Virus record (IMG/VR): IMGVR_UViG_3300028588_000015
Span: 161,548-225,547 of that record
DNA length: 64,000 nt
Strand: one strand, 5' to 3'
Source: a virus
Lineage: Duplodnaviria > Caudoviricetes
Every line of letters begins with the position of its first letter. Positions within the stretch are counted from its first letter, which is position 1. Shown one piece after another: positions 57,082-64,000 of the stretch. The translations under genes were made by a program, and so were the position numbers. Below the pieces are notes generated by a model, which worked only from the letters and a program-made list of their open reading frames with translations, ran no database searches and was not told where the DNA came from.

Positions 57082-58761
57082 ATGTCCGAAATCAATTCTA
57101 CCGGTGTTGTCGGCAGTCTCGATAACAAAGAGCCGGTGTACGACCCCAACCGTGGATGGCGCACTTGGGCGCTGTTCGAGATATTCCAGGGCGACATCGG
57201 TGAAGGCAAATTCGTACCGAACGTCAAAGATCGCGTGCTCGATACCGATACCGAAACCTACTGGCGTGTGGTCAGTATCGACCCCACGACGCTGGTACCG
57301 ACCCTGGTGAAAGCCACCCCGACAGTGGTGGACGGGGTCTTCAGTGAAGAAGACGTGCTGCTGGGTGTCGGCCCGGGCCCGCAAAACAACACCTATTTTG
57401 CGTACCTGAACGACAAAGTGCTGCCGTTCTCGATGACAATCGACATGCGTTGTTTCATCTGGTACTCGCGTGCCAAGTACGCGCGCGTCATGCGCGGGGG
57501 TGTGGCCGGTGCAGCGAGCCGGGTGGTCAGCGCTGTGTACGATGCCTCCGGCAATCTGGTCGGCCAGGACATCCCGCTGGAACTGGCCGAGTTCGTGGGC
57601 AACAAAACCCGCAAGGTCGTGCCGCCGTTCAAGTGTACCGAACGCATTCCCAACGGTGAACCGGTTTACGTCGTGTTCTACGACGATGCCAACCAAATTC
57701 TATCCAAGCGTCAGGTGTTGGTGGAAAACAGCGACTTCATCGCTGTGCCGAATACGGGTGTCAAGTACATTAAGGACGTGTATCTCGATACGCCATTCCT
57801 GTCGGCGTCCGACGCGACACTGCTCCAGTACCCGATCAACGTACTGATGCAGGGCCTGAACATGATGGGTGTGGTCGAATACAGTGACGGCACCAAAGCA
57901 CGTTTGCCGATCGACGGTACCAAGTTTGAACTGTTCGGTCTGGAAGACTACCTGTTGTCGGTCGTGGGGCAAGAACTGCCACTTGTTCTGAACTACAACA
58001 TGTCCAGCGAGGAAGTGGCATCGGGACCTGAGATCGGTGAGAACCGCAACATCCCCAAGAAGTACCGTGCCAAAACGCTGGTGGCGAATGGTTCGTACTC
58101 GGTCAAACTGTTCACCTTCCCAGTATGGATCGGCGAGCAAGATGGTTACCGTCTCGAATGGTTCCTGACCAATCTGGAACGCACCAACATCTGGCGCTGC
58201 ACCTCGCAAGTGCGGATCAACGAAGGTGGCCGGCAATTCAGTCCCAGTGAATATGGTACCAACCAGCGCCTCGTGGTGTCGGTTGACCTGCAATCGGTCA
58301 ACCCGTCATTCAACAAGTACAAGCATGTGCAAACTCTCGATGTCACCCTGTTGGCACCGGGCACAGACCACAACACCAACTGGCAAATCGGTTTCCAGCC
58401 GGGACAGAACCCGCCGTTTGGTGTCCAAAACTATGCGGCAACGACCTTCGTCGATGTCAACAACTGGAAGGTCAAGATCGACATGGGCTTGACTGACGTG
58501 AACCTGTGGCTCGAACGGGTGTTCTACCGCACACTACCGCTGTTTGATCCGCAGAAAGAAGCCAAGGCGCCAGCACCGACGCACTTCGCGTTCGACTTCG
58601 TGGGACGCTCGATCGAATTCCCGATTGCGGAATGGAAGACCGAGCACACCATCAGCGAAGCAGTGGCTAACGGCGGTACGCTGTTCGTCCGGTTCTTCAA
58701 GCGCACGCCGGATAACGACATTCAGTTGTCGATCTGCGGTCTGCCGATCTACCAAGCATAA
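57082..58761 (+). CDS. Virion structural/baseplate protein (phiKZ gp26-like)
   Basis: 559 aa; immediately upstream of terminase. Confidence 0.6.
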   Translation: MSEINSTGVVGSLDNKEPVYDPNRGWRTWALFEIFQGDIGEGKFVPNVKDRVLDTDTETYWRVVSIDPTTLVPTLVKATPTVVDGVFSEEDVLLGVGPGPQNNTYFAYLNDKVLPFSMTIDMRCFIWYSRAKYARVMRGGVAGAASRVVSAVYDASGNLVGQDIPLELAEFVGNKTRKVVPPFKCTERIPNGEPVYVVFYDDANQILSKRQVLVENSDFIAVPNTGVKYIKDVYLDTPFLSASDATLLQYPINVLMQGLNMMGVVEYSDGTKARLPIDGTKFELFGLEDYLLSVVGQELPLVLNYNMSSEEVASGPEIGENRNIPKKYRAKTLVANGSYSVKLFTFPVWIGEQDGYRLEWFLTNLERTNIWRCTSQVRINEGGRQFSPSEYGTNQRLVVSVDLQSVNPSFNKYKHVQTLDVTLLAPGTDHNTNWQIGFQPGQNPPFGVQNYAATTFVDVNNWKVKIDMGLTDVNLWLERVFYRTLPLFDPQKEAKAPAPTHFAFDFVGRSIEFPIAEWKTEHTISEAVANGGTLFVRFFKRTPDNDIQLSICGLPIYQA

Positions 58762-58809
58762 TCCCCGCCGCCGCCCTTGTTTCGACAGGGACGGCAATAG
58801 GAGAGACTC

Positions 58810-61071
58810 ATGAGTAGCATCATTTTGTTTGCGGACGACTGGTTGAAATTCCCGACCGCTCGTCCAGACTGGGATACGAAGAATGAAAGCTTCGTGCGCA
58901 TGGCCGCACTGTTGCATTCGATGGGCGTGAAAAATTGCTGCTTCTTTCTGGCCCTCCTGAACCCGCGTCTGAAAGGAGTGGACCCCCGCAGTAAAGATTT
59001 GACGGTCGAACAAATGACCGACATCGGGGTAGAATGTAAACTCAACCCATGGTACTTCTTCCGTGAAGTGGCGCTGGCACCAGGTAACGGTAGTAACGAT
59101 GGCGTGATGGTGGAAGCCAATCGCGGCAACATTTGTCTCTGGTGGTTGTTCTTCAACCACATCACGGTGTTCTTGATTCAGATTCGTCAGACGGGTAAAT
59201 CATTTTCGACCGACGTATTGATGGTATTGCTGATGGAATTCATCTGTGAGAAGACCGTCATCAACTTGTTAACGAAAGATGATACGCTGCGACGCTCGAA
59301 CATTGAGCGTATGAAGTCGATTATCGCTGACTTGCCCAAGTACCTGCAATTGAAGCATCCGGACGATGCCAATAACACGGAAGAAATTACCGTGATGGCC
59401 CAAGGCAACCGATACAAAACGCACGTGCCGCAGCAGTCGGCAAAACGCGCAATCAACATGGGTCGTGGTTTGACTTCGCCGATCTTCCAAATTGACGAAG
59501 CCCCATTCCAGCCGAACATTGAGATTGCACTGCCCGCCGCACTGGCAGCAACGGGTGCGGCCGTCGATCGTGCAAAAGAACAGGGTTCGCCGTACGGTAC
59601 CATCTTCACGACAACCGCGGGTAAGAAAGACGATAAAGACGGTGCGTATATCTACCGTTTGATTTCGAATTCAGCAATCTGGTCAGAAGCGTTTTACGAC
59701 GCCAAAGACCAAGTGGAACTGGAAAGCCTGATCGCCTCCGGTTGCCGAGCTGAAGGCAAGATCAAAACGATCGCTGTGAACGCCACCTTTAACCACCGCC
59801 AGTTGGGTAAGACGGACGATTGGTTGGCAGAGAAGTTGGCGAAGTCGTTTGCAACCGGTGAAGATGCAAACCGAGACTACTTTAACATGTGGACCTCGGG
59901 TAGCCAAACCTCACCGCTGCCGATGGAAGTGTTGGAAGCAATGGCGCGGTCGGTCAAGGATGTGGCGTATACCGAAATCAGTCGGCCGTACAATTACATC
60001 ACGCGTTGGTACATTCCGAAGCATCAAATCGCAGAGCGCATGGCCACTGGTAAGTTTGTGATGGGCATGGACACCAGTGAGGCGATTGGACGAGATGAAA
60101 TTTCGCTCGTCTTGATGGATGTGGAAACCTTGGAAGTAGTAGCAGCCGGTTCGTATAACGAATTGAACTTGATTACGTTCTCGGAGTGGCTCTGTGACTT
60201 CATGATACGCTTTGAAAACGTGACCGGTATCATTGAACGCAAATCGACTGGTGGTATGATTTTGGATTACCTGATCCTGTTCCTCAATAAAGCCGGGATC
60301 GATCCATTCAAACGTCTATTCAACTGGTATGTGAATGATCAAGCGGTGCAAAAGGAACGGTTCAGGGAACTGTGCCAAGTACCCTTGGGTCGTCGACCGT
60401 ATGGCTGGATCGACCGCGTCAAACGTTTGTTCGGGTTTGCCACGGCAGGATCGGGTGCAACGTCGCGTTCTGAACTCTACTCGACCACGCTACAAAATGC
60501 GGCGCGCCTCGGGATGAACACAATGAACGATAAGGCACTGGTCGACCAGACCGCAGGCTTGGTCACGAAGAACGGTCGTGTGGACCACCCTCCCGGTGAA
60601 CACGACGACATGACCATCGGCTGGTTGTTGGTCAACTGGTTACTCACCCAAGGTACCAACTTGGTACACTACGGGATCGATCCCGGTAAAATCATGAGCC
60701 GTGTTTCGCGCACGGGCAAACAGAAGACACCGGACGAACTGTGGGAAGAAGAGGAACAGGCAGACTACCGGGCACGGATGGAAATCCTGATCGAAAGGCT
60801 GCGCCAAGAACCAGACGAATTCGTTTCGCAAAAGCTGGAACAAGAACTGCGCATGATTGACCGCCGTATTGTGCGCGATGTGGGCGAAACCCATAGCTTG
60901 GACCAACTCTTGCAAAACGTAAAGGAAGCAAAGTGGCAGCGGCGCCGCGATGCACAAAAGTTCACTGGCAACCATCGCCCTCCACCGAGTGCGGCTGCGC
61001 CAAGTGCGGGCCAAGGGTACGGATTCTATACCAACGAATCTCCCCACTGGAACCGTAACCGTCGTTTCTAA
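58810..61071 (+). CDS. terL: Terminase large subunit (phiKZ gp25-like)
   Basis: Walker A IRQTGKS, Walker B FQIDEAP, motif III TTTAG, nuclease MGMDTS ... HDDM. Confidence 0.93.
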   Translation: MSSIILFADDWLKFPTARPDWDTKNESFVRMAALLHSMGVKNCCFFLALLNPRLKGVDPRSKDLTVEQMTDIGVECKLNPWYFFREVALAPGNGSNDGVMVEANRGNICLWWLFFNHITVFLIQIRQTGKSFSTDVLMVLLMEFICEKTVINLLTKDDTLRRSNIERMKSIIADLPKYLQLKHPDDANNTEEITVMAQGNRYKTHVPQQSAKRAINMGRGLTSPIFQIDEAPFQPNIEIALPAALAATGAAVDRAKEQGSPYGTIFTTTAGKKDDKDGAYIYRLISNSAIWSEAFYDAKDQVELESLIASGCRAEGKIKTIAVNATFNHRQLGKTDDWLAEKLAKSFATGEDANRDYFNMWTSGSQTSPLPMEVLEAMARSVKDVAYTEISRPYNYITRWYIPKHQIAERMATGKFVMGMDTSEAIGRDEISLVLMDVETLEVVAAGSYNELNLITFSEWLCDFMIRFENVTGIIERKSTGGMILDYLILFLNKAGIDPFKRLFNWYVNDQAVQKERFRELCQVPLGRRPYGWIDRVKRLFGFATAGSGATSRSELYSTTLQNAARLGMNTMNDKALVDQTAGLVTKNGRVDHPPGEHDDMTIGWLLVNWLLTQGTNLVHYGIDPGKIMSRVSRTGKQKTPDELWEEEEQADYRARMEILIERLRQEPDEFVSQKLEQELRMIDRRIVRDVGETHSLDQLLQNVKEAKWQRRRDAQKFTGNHRPPPSAAAPSAGQGYGFYTNESPHWNRNRRF

Positions 61072-61073
61072 CA

Positions 61074-61121
61074 CGGAATAAAGCCCCCTCCTAGCGTTCT
61101 GCCGGGAGGGGGCTTATGCTG
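61074..61121. terminator. Bidirectional terminator with variant flanks CGGAATA / TATGCTG
   Basis: AAGCCCCCTCC...GGAGGGGGCTT. Confidence 0.75.
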
Positions 61122-61132
61122 CAATTTCTGGG

Positions 61133-61522
61133 TCAAGCTATAGACATGCGTGCAATCACAAGATCGAGGTAAGCAGAGATGGCACTGATACGCTGTAAGC
61201 TGTCGTCCACAAAAAGTGGCAACTGAGCAGGTATATCAATCTCCAACTTACAGGCTTGGATGATATCGCCGGGTGCATTGGCACTTACCACGCTAAAGAC
61301 GTGGTATATCACAAAATGCCGGTTCAGTGCCGACCAGCGGTGATATACCCGACAGTATTGCTTACGTTGGCAATAAATGTGGATTTCATAATCGGCAAAC
61401 GACTGGCCGACCAGATGGCTGATATCTTGGCCACCTGCGTCGATACGGACGAACGTTTGCCCCCCTTTGATTCTCTCCAGAAAAACCACGAACAATGATA
61501 ACAGCCGATTGAAAATCGCCAT
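61133..61522 (-). CDS. Hypothetical protein
   Basis: 129 aa; hydrophobic N-terminus. Confidence 0.55.
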   Translation of the reverse strand: MAIFNRLLSLFVVFLERIKGGQTFVRIDAGGQDISHLVGQSFADYEIHIYCQRKQYCRVYHRWSALNRHFVIYHVFSVVSANAPGDIIQACKLEIDIPAQLPLFVDDSLQRISAISAYLDLVIARMSIA

Positions 61523-61552
61523 GACTGTCCCCTAGAGAGCCAGTATTGGATT

Positions 61553-62881
61553 TTACGCGTGCGTGGCGTAGTGGTGCATGGTAAACGCCCGCAATACGAT
61601 GTAGAGCAGGATACCGGTACGAACACTCGCGATGACGTGGTCATTCCGGTTTGCTGTGGCACGCTCTACGACACGCTCGGCCGTTTCACGCAAATGGAAC
61701 AATTCAGGGTCGGTAGAACGCGATGAGGTATACACGCCCCGTAGTCGACTGAGCAGTTCTGCAAGATTGGTATTCTTGCTCACCAGTTCGCGATTGTCCG
61801 CCAGATAAGCAAACGCATGGACCAACACCTTATCCAGAACTTCTTCGATGTCTTTGGATTGGCGGTGGTTGTAATTATCCGACATGTACTCGAGCGTCTT
61901 GCGGAACAAAGACTCTGGCATGGTTTGCATGGCTGAGCCCACCACATCGACCAACTCTTCCCGGATAAAGGAGTTGCGGTCAGAGATCACCGAACGAATG
62001 TACGTACCATACGCACTTAGGTTCTTGGTCTTGTCACGCAAGATTTCTGCGCCGTCGTGCTCCACCACAGCACTGGTGGAATAAATCCGGGTACCCTGTC
62101 GATGGACCTGCATGAACACCTCGTAGATGTTTTTCATGACGTCCCGGATACGCCCTTGGACATCATTGAGCATGTCTTGGATATCGTCGTCATTATCGAA
62201 CTTACGAATCGTCTCGTAATGGATACCACCTTCTTTCGCGGGCTTGATGATTTCTTCAGCCCGGTAGCGGAAGAATTCCGACCAGTTCTTGAGTTGCTTA
62301 ATCAGGAAGCGACCGGAGAGCGATGCGTAAGTGGCTTCGGCCACAGCTGGATCAGCGGGATAGCGGAAGTACTGGAACAGCAAGCTGGTGAGGAATTTGT
62401 ATTGCAAGGCCAGCAGTACGTCGACCATTGCTTCTTCCTTGACTTTCTCACTGATAAACTTGCTGTGGAAGATGGCGTGTAACAACCATACGACCGACAA
62501 GTTCATTGTGTCGCTGGAAACGATACGCTTGTCAAAGTCAATGCGAGTACCGACTTCTTTGCCGCGCTCGTCGTAAACTTTGAGTTGGGCCAGCCGGCCA
62601 CCAAGTGGACCTTCTTCAGCTTGAAGAACTTCTTCGAACCAGCGGCTACGGTCACTGGCATAAAAACGAACCGTCTGCACACCCAACAGGTGGCCACCGA
62701 AAAACTCGATGTGTTCACGGTTTTTGTTGACAAAAGAGACGTGGTACAAGTGCACTGTTCTTGCAAACCGTGCATCAATTTTCAACGCTTTGCATTCATC
62801 GTCGAAAATGCTTTTGATGGATTCGGACATGGGGCCGCTCTCGTAAAAAAGAGGTGGATACACAAGATTAGCGCTTTTCAT
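61553..62881 (-). CDS. Conserved jumbo-phage protein near terminase, function unknown (start 62881 or 62830)
   Basis: 442-aa ORF with normal codon usage; all-helical appearance. Confidence 0.6.
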   Translation of the reverse strand: MKSANLVYPPLFYESGPMSESIKSIFDDECKALKIDARFARTVHLYHVSFVNKNREHIEFFGGHLLGVQTVRFYASDRSRWFEEVLQAEEGPLGGRLAQLKVYDERGKEVGTRIDFDKRIVSSDTMNLSVVWLLHAIFHSKFISEKVKEEAMVDVLLALQYKFLTSLLFQYFRYPADPAVAEATYASLSGRFLIKQLKNWSEFFRYRAEEIIKPAKEGGIHYETIRKFDNDDDIQDMLNDVQGRIRDVMKNIYEVFMQVHRQGTRIYSTSAVVEHDGAEILRDKTKNLSAYGTYIRSVISDRNSFIREELVDVVGSAMQTMPESLFRKTLEYMSDNYNHRQSKDIEEVLDKVLVHAFAYLADNRELVSKNTNLAELLSRLRGVYTSSRSTDPELFHLRETAERVVERATANRNDHVIASVRTGILLYIVLRAFTMHHYATHA

Positions 62882-62898
62882 GTCCTGTAAGAAATATG

Positions 62899-62931
62899 CG
62901 GCATAAAGACCAGCACCCGTAGGTACTGGTC
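62899..62931 (-). terminator. Terminator plus TATGCCG on the minus strand
   Basis: Minus strand GACCAGTACC-TACG-GGTGCTGGTC-TTTATGCCG; the single stem mismatch is a G-U wobble only on this strand. Confidence 0.75.
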
Positions 62932-62936
62932 AAAAA

Positions 62937-63431
62937 TCAGCCGAAACGGGCTTTGGCGAAGGCTTCCAAACTCGGGTAAACCTTGCAACCGGCAGCGCGT
63001 GCATAGGCTTCAACGGCCGTCACCAGATCTTTGGCCTTGGGTGCAACCTCGCCTTCTGGGGATTCTTCGATGACGACAACATAGTCGTCACGACCATCGA
63101 GCGGCATGCTGGCGATGTCGTTGGTTACGTTCACCACGTCTTGTTCGGTCATCTCGGCTTCCGAAACACCGTACACCTGGAGAGCACTTTGGTTCTGGGG
63201 TTTCTCCTCAGTCGTGAGCAAGGAGACCAGTTTCACCATGGCCGAATTATCCAGCTGCTGACTTTCCAACGCCGGTTTGTTTTCTTCGTCAGGCTCTTTC
63301 TTGCCGTATTCTTGTTGCAATGCTTCGGTCAGCGCATTGCCCAAGGGGCCATTGAGTTTGATGGGTTGGCTACCCGCGTCGGCCTCTTCGAGGGCACGCC
63401 GCAGATTCTGGCTAAGTTGGATGGTCATCAC
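62937..63431 (-). CDS. Acidic virion head protein with ALE protease site
   Basis: 164 aa; PALE|SQQ at 63272-63264; AAGGA RBS. Confidence 0.55.
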   Translation of the reverse strand: MMTIQLSQNLRRALEEADAGSQPIKLNGPLGNALTEALQQEYGKKEPDEENKPALESQQLDNSAMVKLVSLLTTEEKPQNQSALQVYGVSEAEMTEQDVVNVTNDIASMPLDGRDDYVVVIEESPEGEVAPKAKDLVTAVEAYARAAGCKVYPSLEAFAKARFG

Positions 63432-64000
63432 ACGTCCTTTAAGTAAATAGGAACAAAACTGTCACACTATGGCAAACCTTATTAATGAGGTTTAAAAAAG
63501 CCAAAAGGATTTAAACGCGTTTTGAGAGCTTCTATATAGAAGTGATAGGCTGCTTCGTCTAGGTCAGTTTGATGGCGATATAGAAGCTCTCATGCAGTCT
63601 TAAGCGCATTACTGAGGCCATCGGCGGGCGGGGGCGGGCCGGGCCGCGCGCCTATCAATATCACAATGCAGCCCTTTTTCTGTATCCCATAGTCTTTCAT
63701 CAAAAAAGATAAAGTGTAAGCAACTTCGTTTGCATTTTGTTTATCGTTCGTTTGCTTGTTCTTGGTTGCTTTGCAACGCTGACGCTCAAAAAGGATTTTT
63801 CTCCAGAAAAAATCCTTTTTTAAAGAAACTTGATTCTGGTGAATATATAACTGATCTAACGTATTTTTTAATCACTCATACACTAATTTATGAGTAAACT
63901 CTGACGCAAAATTTCAGAAAAAAATCATCAACAAAAATCAGTTTACTCATAAAAACCATACGTAGAGAAACGTGGCAGGGGGTAGGGGGGCCTTATGTTA
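63432..64000. other. Long non-coding region with inverted repeats, AT tracts and G tracts (origin/packaging-site candidate)
   Basis: No ORF of 60 aa or more over ~570 bp; three inverted repeats, one palindrome and a G4 motif read directly. Confidence 0.55.

Noticed and set aside
1-64000. tRNA, rRNA, CRISPR array, transposase, integrase, chimallin or PhuZ genes
   Set aside because: No supporting sequence seen; intergenic gaps are short and explained by terminators or promoters, apart from the right-hand end.

Overview
This window is a fragment of a large lytic phage genome of the phiKZ-like jumbo group (Chimalliviridae-type). No chimallin or tubulin gene lies inside the window, so the assignment rests on recognisable core genes and their order. 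Those genes are: four fragments of the split virion RNA polymerase (beta-N, beta-C, beta'-N with ADFDGD, and a probable beta'-C); prohead protease; a 2239-aa tail lytic-transglycosylase/tape-measure protein; tail sheath and tube; baseplate proteins; terminase large subunit; SbcC-like ATPase; RNase H; and a UvsX/RecA-like protein. phiKZ gene numbers quoted below are recalled from synteny and motifs, not from a search. The most interesting items are: (1) a 1140-aa tail-fibre-like protein with nine ~44-aa two-cysteine repeats that ends in an apparently intact Hint (intein-like) autoprocessing domain; (2) a heptamer, TATGCCG, placed directly against intergenic terminator hairpins 12 times, often pointing into convergent genes; (3) a split lysis system, with a holin-like gene plus signal-peptide lytic transglycosylase at the window edge (missed by the ORF track) and a candidate spanin pair 15 kb away; (4) possible counter-defence genes, an orphan HicB and a NADAR/T4 gp30.3-like protein; and (5) an origin- or pac-like non-coding region at the right end with several inverted repeats and a G-quadruplex motif. 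I saw no tRNA, rRNA, CRISPR array, transposase or intron.
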